A stretch of 41,603 nucleotides of DNA from Conidiobolus incongruus B7586 (taxonomy: Eukaryota). Shown in pieces: positions 24,458 to 36,133 of the stretch. A program made the position numbers and the translations under genes. Numbering within the stretch: the first letter of the stretch is position 1; each line of letters opens with the position of its first letter. Where the stretch lies: NCBI GenBank assembly GCA_000697335.1, contig JNEM01012248.1, positions 1 to 41,603 on the forward strand. The letters are read 5' to 3'. The notes beneath the pieces were generated by a model that was not told where the DNA came from, ran no database searches, and worked only from the letters and a program-made list of their open reading frames with translations.

Positions 24458-27400
24458 GAATCAATAGATTAAATTTTATAGGGATTATAATATAATGATA
24501 AGTATTTGGGATTTAAGCTAAATTTAAGTAGGGTAGGTTTAAGGGCAAATTGTTTTAAGTATACAAACATACTAGTTTTATATTTAAAAGGGTTTCTAGA
24601 TAATTTTAAGTATTGTTGTTCTATGATCCTTTAATTTTCTTCTAAGTTAAATTTAATAAGGGAATTGATATGTTTGATATTAGATTAAAATTCAACAATG
24701 TTTAAAGGTAAGTTGATTTGAAGTTTTAAAGTAATTATTAAATTAGGATATTTGTTATAATTGATGAAATAAAAGCTAAAACCTGTTGATTTATTAATAA
24801 AGGTGTTGAATGAATATTAGAGTTAGTAGATATAAGCATCCTAATTTAACTAATTAGTGTTAATATAAGCTCAAATCATTTACTTTAAGGTTTTAATAGT
24901 TTTTTTAACAAGTTTATTGGTTTAGTGATGATTGGTAGTAGACATAGCTAGGTTAATCTTAAAGGAAAAGGATAGTGACTTCTAAAATTAAGAGTTGAAT
25001 TGTACATCTCTATCAGATATAATAGTTTGTGGAATTTTATAATAGGTAAAGATATTAGAGAATAACAATTATACAACATCTTTAGCTGTAGAAGTTTTAA
25101 AACAAGGAATAAAATAAACATATTTGGAAAATAAATCAATTACAATTAGTAAGTTATTATAACTATTTGTTGATTTAGGGATTTCTATAAAATTAAGCTG
25201 GATTTGTTATTAAATTTTATTAGGGATTTATAAAGGAATAAGTTTACTATATTTTAGTTGAGTATTATATTTAGTTCTTTAGCATATATCACAGGTATTA
25301 GTGTATTTCTAAACTAATTTAACTAGGGAAAGCTAGTAATACCTTATTTTAATTCTCTTAGTAGTTTTTAACTAGTTTTAATATCCTCTAACAAATAAGT
25401 TATAGCATTCATCAAATATTATTTGTTAGATCTTGGGAATGTTAGGAATATATAAACAATCATTATAATATAGTAAGTTATTGATAATTTTAAATCTTTT
25501 AACATATTTTAATTAGTTTTCTAATGGTTTAAAGAGTTCTTCTTTAACTAAAATAAAGAAATTATTATTTAGTAGTGTTTCTTAAAGTAGTTTAATAAAT
25601 TTTTTATTTCCTTCATTAATAATCATTAAGTTAATATTGGCTAGATTTTTACAATTAGAATAAAAGGGTAGGTATGTAAAATTTCTTAACAAAGTATCTA
25701 CAACATGGTTTTATTAACCTAAAAGATATTAAATAAAGAAAAAGTAAGCTTGGATAGTTTTAATCTATTTAACTTATCTTCTTAATAAATGCTTCTAAGT
25801 ATTTAAGTAGATAAGTGATTTATAATCTGTAAGTACTAAAAAAAAGTTACAGGACAAGAAATGTGAGTGATTTTTGATTATTTCTACTAAAGCAAAGAGT
25901 TTTTGTTTATAGACTGGGTATTTCAATTCAGCTGGTTTTATTTTTCTTAACCAGAATATTATTGGTTTTAAAGTAACATTTATAAAGTTAAACTCAACTT
26001 ATTCTCCCTTATTCATTATTTTATCTTATAGTTATAGGGTAAAATATGAATTAAATTCAAACTAGGTTAATTATCTATTAATTACAAAAAAACTAGAGTT
26101 AGTAAAAATAATAGTAGGTAGTTTTAGATTAAAGATAGATAAAGCAAGAGTATTGGTAATATTGAAAATTAAAGCATTTATGTAGAAAATGTATAGTGGG
26201 GTTTATTCAAAAAGAGAGTTTTTCTTTAAAAGATCAATAAGAGGAATAATAAATTCAGCAAAAGAATCAATAAAATCTTTAAAGTAATTCAATAATCTAA
26301 GTATAAACATAAGTTAATCTTTGTTTATAGGTATAGTAAAGGCTTTAACACCATTGAGTTTAGTTGGATCAATATTAATTTTTTAAAAGGAAACAATATA
26401 ACCATAGAAAAAAATAGAAGAGGCACTAAAGATGCATTTTGATAGTTTTAAAGGTAATTTATGTTCTTGAATAATTTATAAAACCTGATTAACATGTTGA
26501 ATATATTCTTCTTTAGTTTTTGAATAGATTAGGATATCATCAAGGTAAGTGATAATAAAGTCATTAAAAACAAGGTTAAAAAGGGAATTGATGAATTAAA
26601 TAAAAGTTACAAGAGCATTATACAATTTAAAGTTTATAACAGTAAATTTATAGTAGCTTAAAAGAGTATTGAAAGTAGTTAAAGGGATAGAATTTTCTTC
26701 AACTCTAATGTTGTAATATCTATTCTTAACATTTAATTTAGTAAATATAGTTGATTTAAGTAGTTTATCCTTAACATTATATAGGTTTAGTAATAAAGTT
26801 TTATCCTTGATAGTTTTAGAGTTTAAAACATAGTTATCAATGTATAGTTTTTAACCACTATTAGCCTTTTGTATAAAGAAGATTAAAGATTTTTATGGTA
26901 AGGAAAATAGTCTAATATACCTATTTTCAAGTAGTTTTTGGATTTCTTCTTTTAAAGTTTAATATTATTCAAGGGATAAATGGTAAGTAAACTTTAAATA
27001 TAGTTGTATACCAGGGATTAGTTTAATTTTGTGTTTAATATTATGTTTAGGTGGTAATTTATTCACAGGTTCAAAAACATTAGTAAATTAACTTACTATA
27101 TTGTATAGGAAGTGGTTATTAAATATAACCTCATTAAAATCAACAGATGAAGTGCTAATAGATGAATAATAAACAAATACATATCTTTATAGATTATTTA
27201 AGTTTTTAATTAGCTTTTTACATTGATTTTTACTTATAATAATAGAATTATTTGCTATAATTGTAGAGTTAGTGTTAGGTAAAGTATTTAATAGTTTTAT
27301 AGTAGGGTAATATAGATTTTTCAAGATTAATTTTACTAATTTCTTTTGGAATGTAAAAAAAATAGATTTGTAGCTTTCTAGGGTAATATTCATAGATATA

Positions 27401-29010
27401 AAACTGTGATATTCAAACTAATTTTAACCTAGTATAAAATTGTAACTAATGTTGCCAACTAGGAATTTAATATATTAGGAGTAGTTAGGGGATAATAATA
27501 GGTATCTAAATATAGTGCCAGATGTTTGTTCCATTAAGTTGTTAGCATATTTAATTATTAAGTTGCTTTTTTAAATAGGTAAGGATAGTTTTAAAACAAT
27601 AAAAGAAGAGATAATACAACTAAAACAACTAGAGTTAATTAAAACACTAACAAGTATATTTATAAAAAACCAGTTAACACAAACAATAAAGTGATAGTTA
27701 AAGGTAAAGAATCACAAGGTAGATTAGTTACTAGAATATTTCTAGTTTCTAGTGGTTTAATCAGTTAGATTTCTCTAGTATACATAGTTTAATTTGTGGA
27801 ATCATTGGTTTATTAGAACTTTTGTGGATTAGATTAGAATCTGCTAACTAATTGTGAAAAAGGTGATTCTAAGGTTATATTAATATTATTCAAGTTTGAT
27901 TTATGGTTGGTAAGTTAGGATTATTGAGAATTAAACAGATGTTGCTTCTTTAAAAGGTATTTGTTAGCTTTATAGTTAACTTAAGTTTTTTAGCAGTAAT
28001 AACAACCTTTGTTTGTTTTCAAGTAAACTTTAGCTTCTTTACTAAAGGTTTTCTTATAAAGCTTTAAAGCAGAAACATCTATCATTTAAAACTTAGGTGG
28101 GTTAAAGTAAAGTTTAAAAGATTGATTTTTAAGGTGGGAAGATTTAGTTATAAAGTAAAGGATATTATTAATTATAATTGCTGTATCACAAATGTTAGAA
28201 AAAAACATATTATCAAAGTGTTCCCTACTAACTAACTAAAGCTTTACTTAAAGGTTAAGGTATTATAATAGTTTGTGGATTTATTCTTCTTCAGTGATAT
28301 TTAATATGTTTAAACATATCTCATTAAATTTCTCAATCAATTGTTTTGTAGAAGTTTTTTATTTAAGCTAGGAAAGCTTTTCTTTTGCTAATTAAACTTG
28401 ATTTTTTAGGTAATACCTCTCTTTAAAAGCTTTTTCCAATTGTTTAAAAGTTTATATCCTTATAGTAAGCTATCCTCCTGAAGATTCTTTAGGATTAAGC
28501 TTATAATAAGTTAACTACCAAATATAAACAGATTTTTCTAAAAAAAAGTGGCTAATTTAAAGATATTCTTTAAATCTTCATCAAAAATCAAATCAAAGTA
28601 ATTCTTCATGTTTTTAAAGTAGTTTTCAAGTTTGTAAAGGTTTTTTAAGCTATTATAAGTAGTTAATTTGTTTTTAAAGACACTAAAGAGGTGGTTTAAT
28701 GTATTAACTGTAGTAAAGTAGCTGGTTTGTTAGATTTAAGCTCTTTGAAGCATGTTTTTTTTAATCAAAAGTTGTCTAATATAAGTTTTTTAGAGGGTAG
28801 TAAGTTCTTAAAAACTAAAGTCTTAGATTCACTTAGTAATTAAGCTGCTATCATCATTAAAATAATATAAGGGTATCTCTTTTTTTAGTGGTATTATAGT
28901 ATATAGTGTTAAATTTAAATGAAATAAATTATAGATAAGATTTAAAATAGTAATAATTAAGTTTGATACAGATAGTTATTAATTTCTAATAGGTTTTTAA
29001 TAGTTTTTTT

Positions 29011-29020
29011 GCTGCTACTA
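29011..29020 (-). other. Primer-binding site, decayed (TAGTAGCAGC, from TGGTAGC..., initiator tRNA-Met-like)
   Basis: Immediately follows the 5' LTR on the minus strand; Ty3-type PBSs begin TGGTAGC. Confidence 0.6.
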
Positions 29021-29420
29021 TATAAACACAGTAGTAGTTAAACTAATATAGTGTAGAAGAAAACTTAATATAAAAGTAGTGTGGTGTAGAATATGGTAAT
29101 ATAATGTAGCTGTAGTATACAAGTGTAAACAAAGTTTAATTAAGCTTTGAACTAGGATGAATCATTAATATATTAAGATTTATATTAGGTAGTGTTAATA
29201 TCCTACAATATTAATTGAATATAGTCTCAATCTTAGAAATAGTGTAAAAGTAAAAAATAGTAAGAATTGAGAGGAAAAAAGAGGAACCTAGTTTATTAAA
29301 TAATTTAATGCTATTTATACAATTAATTTAATTATATAAGTATAAATTAATTATATAATTTATAGTTAATTGGATTTTATGAAAGTGTATATAAGAATTT
29401 AAAGAACTAGTCTCTTAACA
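29021..29420 (-). repeat. 5' LTR (400 bp)
   Basis: Direct repeat of 23435-23834; about 25 substitutions and no indels by manual count. Confidence 0.95.
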
Positions 29421-30276
29421 AATATACCAAATGTAATAGCTTTTTTTAACTATTATTAGTTAGAAGATTCCTTATAATATTAGCTTTACATATTTTAAAA
29501 TAGTTATATAAAGTAATAAATATTATAATTTTATACAATATTATATTATATATATATAAATGATATTTTCTTTCTAATAAAATACAATATAGAACTTATT
29601 AAAAATTGATTTTTCATTAGAATCTAAATAAAAATAACATATTTTATTATAATTGATAAAAGGAATATTTTAACTTGACCTAATTTTTTCATTTGTGTTG
29701 TAATAAAAAGTAATATAAAAGGATTTATAATTTGTTAATTATGATAATTTATTATAAATAATTAATATTTGGCTATGTTTTAATAAGTTTTATGTAATTA
29801 TATTTACTTTGACTTTTTTAAGTTTTAATTTAACAATATATCTATTTTATATTTTTATTAATTAATATAAATTTAAATATTAATATTAATATAAATATTA
29901 AACCTATATAACTAATATTAAAATATTCTAATAACTTTTTAACTAAGATAAAAAAGTATTTTTTAATATGTTTATTTACTTTATTAATAATTAAAAGAGT
30001 GATAGTTAAAATTAAGTTTTTAAATTTTAATAAGTTTTAGATAGTTTCTTTTTACCCTTAATATAATTTACCTAGTGAGATAACTAATATAAATAAAACA
30101 TTATTTTTAAAATTTATTTATAAAATTGATATTTTTTTAAAAGGTTAATAGTTAAGTTTTATTAATATTAAAATAAAAGACCTTTAATGATCATTATTTA
30201 ATTTAAGCATAGTTAAATTAAACAATGAATTTTTAAAAGTTAATTTTTTAAGGAAATAATTATATATTTATATATA

Positions 30277-31827
30277 CACTAGCCTGCAAAAATAAGTTAT
30301 AAAATTAAAATTACTTATATATTTACTAATATCTTAAACAATTCTTAATTAAATAAATTTAAAATAAAATATATAATTTACCTATATTAGTTGATTATAA
30401 TTAACTATATTTGATTATATTTTATTAATTATTGGTTAATATATTAAAACTTAAAATTTAACCAAGATAAGTTATAAATTTGTGGGTTTATATGTTAAAG
30501 GAGTATAAATAACAAAACTTATATATATCTTTTTTTTCTCTTGTTATATTATATATATTATAAAATTATTAAGCTAATATTTTAAAATTAATATTATAAT
30601 ATCTAAATATCTTTTAAAAACAATTCATTTATATATTAATCAACTTTATAATAAAAATAAATCAACTTATAAGATTGTTAGAATTATTAGTATTAGTTAA
30701 TCTACTTTAGTTAAGGTTATTAAGAACAATATTAAAAAAACACCTAAAATAAAACTTAATTATATTAAGGTTATAGATAAATATGATAAAAAATATATTT
30801 GTAGATTAGTTAATATAGGTAAGTATAATATTATTATAAAAATATAACAAAAATTATAAGATTATATAAGAATATTAGTTAATACTAATATTATTATATA
30901 TACTTTATGTTAGAATAGATACCATTTATATTTTAAGAAAAAACACCTTTAATTAAAGAAGCTTTATTGTAAAACTAAATAAAAGTTTAAATGCTCACAC
31001 TAAAGTTAGATTAAAATTAACTAAAGTAAAGTTATTTAGTTTAATAAAACAAAGATATATTTTAATATATTTAATAAAAAAGTTAAATGTTTTAAAAAAG
31101 ATAAAAAACTATTTTATAACTATTATATTATTACAGCTTAAAAATACAATAATAGGTTAATTATAGTTTAAGGATATATGTTATCTTTAAGTGTAAGGTA
31201 TTTTTATTTGGTTAATAAAAGAATTAATATTAAAATATACTAAAGTATTTTAAACAATAAATTGAAAAAAAACTATTAAGTAATATAAGTTAAATAAATT
31301 AAATATTATTTTCTAACAAGATAATACCTTTTGTTATATTACAAATTCTACTATTAAATAGCTTAAAAATAACAAAATAACCTCTTTAATCTCTTAATCT
31401 TAACCTAATTAAATATCTTTAAAATCAACTAAAAAAATTAATTAAAGCTTTCCCCCCAGCAAAAAATTTAAATCAACTTTAAAAGTATATATAAGAAGCT
31501 TAGAATAATATTAGTCTTGTTTAATATAAGAAGCTAGTTAACTTTATACCTTATAAACTTAAAGAAGTTAGAAAAGCAAAAGGTAGATATATTAGATATT
31601 AATTTTTCTATCAATACTAAAACCCACAAATTTATAACTCACCTAAAGTATACTTTTAGTTTTAATATATCAATTAATAATTAATTAAATTTAATTTTAT
31701 ATATTATATTATAAATAAAAAATATATATTAATTACATAATATAAATTTATTTAAATTAGAATTGATTAAGATATTAATAGAAATATTTATATTTTTAAT
31801 TTTATGACTCACTTTTGCAAGCTAGTG
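30277..31827 (+). mobile_element. Degenerate Tc1-family DNA transposon (~1.55 kb) with ~210-bp TIRs
   Basis: TA|CACTAGCCTGCAAAA ... TTTTGCAAGCTAGTG|TA. Inner TIR ends gttataaatttgtgggttt (~30472) and aaacccacaaatttataac (~31620). Decayed FQQDN (31311) and WPxQSPDLNPIE.LW (31378-31422). Confidence 0.9.
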
Positions 31828-31941
31828 TAGTTTTAAACTATTTATTTTGTATATATTTTTTTTGTCAAACTAATAATATGTTTGAAAATCAAAAATGAAA
31901 ATATTTCCCATTTTTATTTTTAGGTAATATTTCCAATAAAA

Positions 31942-33316
31942 TTAATATGATAAAAAATCTAATCCCAGCATATTTTCACTACTTGTAGTTGAGATTTCTG
32001 GATTAGTCATGGTAATATATTCAATATCTGGTGTGTCCTTCACTGGATTTGAATCTTTTTTCTCGATGGAAATCTGTTCGCTATCTACGAATGTCTCATC
32101 CGGCCCCTCGTCCAACAATGGAATATCGTTAATAAAGAGTAGATCGGGGCATACACTCCGTCAATTGAAAATACAACAAGATAGAAGAATGATGCAAGTG
32201 ACTATGACTATCCAGAACTGGACCAATTCGTAGTATGATTCACTAGCTTCATAATTGCATAAAACTTCGCTCAAAATTAATTCGATTTGCAAAGCTACAG
32301 ATAAAAAAACATCCCAACATATATTTTAATACGTGGAAAAATATCTCAATGATCAGGGTAGAAGTTTTTATCAATATGCTAATACAGGATGCTAAACCCT
32401 AATCGAATGAAGGACCGGATAAAAAATGGTAGCCATCATTTGTTGGATGTAAGTGGAATATTTTCATATATCATACAGCAGATAAATAATAACGCCCAAA
32501 GCTAGAATCAATGCTCGTTGAAAACCTATAAACGGTAACTTAATTCCCAATGTGGATCCACCTAATAATGCACCTAAATCTGCTAGACATTCAGCCAGAA
32601 TAGAGGAGTTATATGCTATCTGCGTTTTCATTTTCAATAATGTAGGATATAGACCTTGAATAGTTCTAGCTTTCATATTCCATCCAATTGTTAAAAATAT
32701 AATATATATTAAAGCACCATGGGCTCTAGAGTAACATAGGTTCTTTTTCGTACCTCTCTTGGCTTTGGGAGTTTTTGCATTGGATTCTTTTTCAATACAA
32801 AATAAGGCGAAAATACTTATACAAAAAATCATGAATGCTCCAAATAGATATAAATGTCACCAATTAAAATCACTACTGGTGATAAAAATGTAAACAGAAG
32901 GTAGAATATATGATAGGCATCCAGATAAACTTAAAATCATTTATGCAGACTCCGGTTTGGTAAAATTAGTTATAAGTATGGTACCAAATTCAGAATACAG
33001 TCGGAAAACGATGAAAGTCAAAGCTCTTAAAACCACAAACCCACCAAACGATCCAATTATACTTGTAATCATATACAGAGCAATTAAAACCACATTCAAT
33101 CCAACTAGCAAAACCCTCATTGTAAAAAATCCCAAAAACTGATCATTAAAAAACCACAAATAATTTTCCTCAGTTCCTTCAATTCTATATTATTTAAAGT
33201 TTTACAAGGATTGAAAAATTTAATATGCTTTTCAATAATAAACCAAAATAATTTCCAAGATTTTTCAAGTGATATACTCTCTCAATAAATTTTAGTTTCA
33301 TTAAACTTTGATCCAT
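31942..33316 (-). pseudogene. Jen1-like MFS transporter pseudogene (third, distant paralog)
   Basis: Starts ATGGATCAA (MDQ) like both intact paralogs. ORF fragments 32941-33159 (VLRALTF..SEFGTILI) and 32464-32832 (WNMKARTIQGLYPTL, PFIGFQRAL) align to them. Multiple frameshifts and stops. Confidence 0.85.
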
Positions 33317-34643
33317 AATCCAAAATATTATTAAGCTATTTTTGAAAAAAAAATTTAATTAGTAAACCAATTAACTTTCACCAAATTTGAATGGCTAATT
33401 TTATTCAATTACATTGTTTTGATAATTTAATTCCCTAGTCGTAATAATATCATTAAGTACAATGAAGATTATCATTTTTATTAAGCCTCAATCATTAATT
33501 CAATAATGCTCAAGGAATTTTGAGTTGTAAATTGCAGATTCTATAAATCTATTAGAATCAATTATATGTGAGATACCTATAATAATTTAATATTCCAAAA
33601 TATTTGGTGTTAAAAGGTGTATCCATAATTCATAATATTTCCACATTGTATGTTTCAAAGTAATATAATTAAAATTTATTCTATTGAAATTATTATATAT
33701 AATTCTCAATCTTAGACCATACTATTTTTGAAAATAATAACCATTAATTGAATTTTTAATTTACCTGTATTTCTTAAATTGGTAATTGAATAATTTGATA
33801 ATTAAATCAAATATAGTAATCAGTTATTTTATGTATTATGTTGAAATAAATAAATTTGAATTTGAGATATTGAATATAATTAAAAAATTAACAAATAAAA
33901 CTTTAAAAATACAGAATTATATAAATATGAAAAATTGATTTTATGTATTTATTAAATAAATAGTTTATTGGTATCATTAAAATAATTTATAAGCTTTCTA
34001 CTAATATAACTGAACTTGGTTCATTAATAATATTAATATATTTTTGTTTTGCTAATAATGATATTATTATTTGATCCAATATTTTTTTTCATATTTTCAC
34101 TATTGATTTACTGATCTTTGGAAAATTATATCTTTCTTATATTAATATATTCTTGTTTTGAATCGATTTATAAAAATAGTATTATCAATAATTTTAATAA
34201 ACAACTTTGTGATAGTAACAATTATTTAATTATTAGAAATTTTAATTATTTTTTAATCTAAAAATAATCAATTTGAATATAAATATATAAATTTTTGATT
34301 TTATATTTAATTTTTAATTATTTAAAATTTATTGAAATATAATTTATATTTAATAATTTAAAATACAATATATGCAAGATAAAAAGAATTTTTGATAATA
34401 TGATTAAATAAAATTCAAGTTTTCATTGAAATAAATATTATTGATAATGATATTATATATTTTAATATTGATGTTATTAATAAGTAAAATTCATATCAAA
34501 ATAAAAAATAGTGTATTTGGTATAATCTTTTTCAAATATAACAATATATTTATAAATAAAATTTAAAATTATCAAAATATATAGAATGCGAATAAATTTT
34601 GAGAAAATTAGGATATTATATCCCCGATGAAAGTGATAAACAT

Positions 34644-36062
34644 TTAAGCTTCTTGTTGTTTAGCTTCTATAATTTCCTGATGTCGAGAGAAATTGGAATT
34701 CATTTCAGTAGTTGTAATACATGCACCGTCAGGGTAGACATTCCATCCACCAACAATAGAACATAAGAGACAGACTGCGGAGGCAACCATCATTAAATAA
34801 AATTGAACTCTGCCACTGGTAGGATTTCCATCGGCATCTGGCATAGCTTCACCAATACTGACTTCGACTTGAAATGAGAATGCAGCGATGAAAATACCAA
34901 TCATAGTTCCAAATATTGGAAGAATGGCGCGGTCTTCGGGGTGAAAGCACTTAGTGATGTGATAGGGTAGAATATTGAAAGCAACTTGGATGAATAATTG
35001 TACAAAAAAAACTGTTCCTGCAGTAAGTCGAGGCGATGCGGGAGCATAGTTAACGATCATATAACTGACGAAGAAGAAAACTAGAGCAAAGAGGAGAGAT
35101 CTTTGGTAGCCCATGAAAGGTGTAATAATTCCAATAGTAGCTCCACCAACAAAAGCACCAGCACCAGCAAGGAAGGAGGCTAACTGAGCGTAATCGAAAG
35201 TAAAACCGGGAGTTGTTCTAACGAGAGTGGGATAAATATCTTGAGTGCCTCTGGCAATAATGTTCCAAGCACATGTGAGAACAATAGTATAAATTAAAGC
35301 TCCGAACGATCTTCTGATAGATTTGCTGTTAGCCAATTCACTGAAACAATGCTTGAAAGATTGTTGGTCAAAGTTTTTATCCATAGTGAATAACATCAAG
35401 AATCCGACACCAAGGATAATAATGACACCAATGAGGAAGAGATATCTCCAATCGGATCCTTCTTGGAAGAGCCAAATATAGAATGGGACTAAAATATATG
35501 ATATAGCACCGGCCAATCCTGCAAAACTTGAATAAATATAAACGTTATAATCTTCTAAATCTTGAGCGATGAGTAAGGTTCCCATTTCAGACAAACCACC
35601 ACAGAGAAGAGATGTGAAACCTCTAACAATAGAATATCCATAGAAAGTACCTATTTTGTAGGTAATAGTGTACAAAACCGCTAAAAGAACAATAATAGCA
35701 GTTATGATTAATCTGTTACTCATCATATGGGTAAGATGTCTAAAGATTATAATTCCGAATAGTCTTAAAATAGAGGCCAAAGTAATATTAATTGCCAATA
35801 ATTTGTAACTAATGTCAAATTCCTGTTTTAATTCCAAGATAATGAAACATCCCAAGAAATAATCGAAGTTGGTGAAAATATTGGAAAACCAACCTGCAAT
35901 AAACTGTCTGCTTTGCTTCAGATGAAGAGAATTCACATGAGAGTAATGATTGACAAACTTAGGGGTCTTCTCATTGATAAAGCCAAATAATTGTGGCTTT
36001 TCTCTTTCTTGAGTTAAAGTTTCAGTTTGAGTTACTTGCAATTGTACGTTATTCTGATCCAT
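34644..36062 (-). CDS. MFS transporter, Jen1-like carboxylate permease, 472 aa; close paralog of 16668-18095
   Basis: Collinear high identity with the 475-aa protein; same NIIARGTQDIYPT motif. Confidence 0.88.
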   Translation of the reverse strand: MDQNNVQLQVTQTETLTQEREKPQLFGFINEKTPKFVNHYSHVNSLHLKQSRQFIAGWFSNIFTNFDYFLGCFIILELKQEFDISYKLLAINITLASILRLFGIIIFRHLTHMMSNRLIITAIIVLLAVLYTITYKIGTFYGYSIVRGFTSLLCGGLSEMGTLLIAQDLEDYNVYIYSSFAGLAGAISYILVPFYIWLFQEGSDWRYLFLIGVIIILGVGFLMLFTMDKNFDQQSFKHCFSELANSKSIRRSFGALIYTIVLTCAWNIIARGTQDIYPTLVRTTPGFTFDYAQLASFLAGAGAFVGGATIGIITPFMGYQRSLLFALVFFFVSYMIVNYAPASPRLTAGTVFFVQLFIQVAFNILPYHITKCFHPEDRAILPIFGTMIGIFIAAFSFQVEVSIGEAMPDADGNPTSGRVQFYLMMVASAVCLLCSIVGGWNVYPDGACITTTEMNSNFSRHQEIIEAKQQEA

Positions 36063-36124
36063 ATCTTGGTATTTTAATTTAATGAATATTACAGATTAAT
36101 AGACTATCTTTGATCCATTGCGTG

Positions 36125-36133
36125 ATATTTATA
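36125..36133 (-). promoter_or_regulatory. Candidate TATA box (TATAAATAT on the minus strand)
   Basis: 71 bp upstream of the ATG at 36062, nearly the same spacing as in the paralog. Confidence 0.45.

Larger units (their letters stand above)
23435..29420 (-). mobile_element. Ty3/gypsy chromovirus-type LTR retrotransposon, full length, inactivated
   Basis: 400-bp LTRs; AATAT TSD (23430-23434, 29421-29425). Minus-strand order: gag zinc knuckle CYYC (~27990), decayed protease LI(D)S(G) (~27635), RT YLDDILIYS (YLDD at 26536-26547), RNase H, integrase, LELP..LRI.PTF and a chromodomain. All frames riddled with stops. Confidence 0.96.
23126..30215 (-). mobile_element. Degenerate mariner element split by the gypsy insertion (parts ~23126-23434 and 29421-30215)
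   Basis: Joining the flanks of the LTR element restores KLLHLVY|SLDYNLYNYNC, the decayed ELPHPVYSPDYNPCDYNC. TIR-like aaattaaataat (~23135) and cattatttaattt (~30192). Ends are approximate. Confidence 0.8.

Noticed and set aside
24948..27393. ORFs 24948-25139 and 27187-27393
   Set aside because: Residual open stretches within the mutated gypsy pol region.
32009..33142. + strand ORFs 32009-32233 and 32957-33142
   Set aside because: Antisense to the MFS pseudogene.
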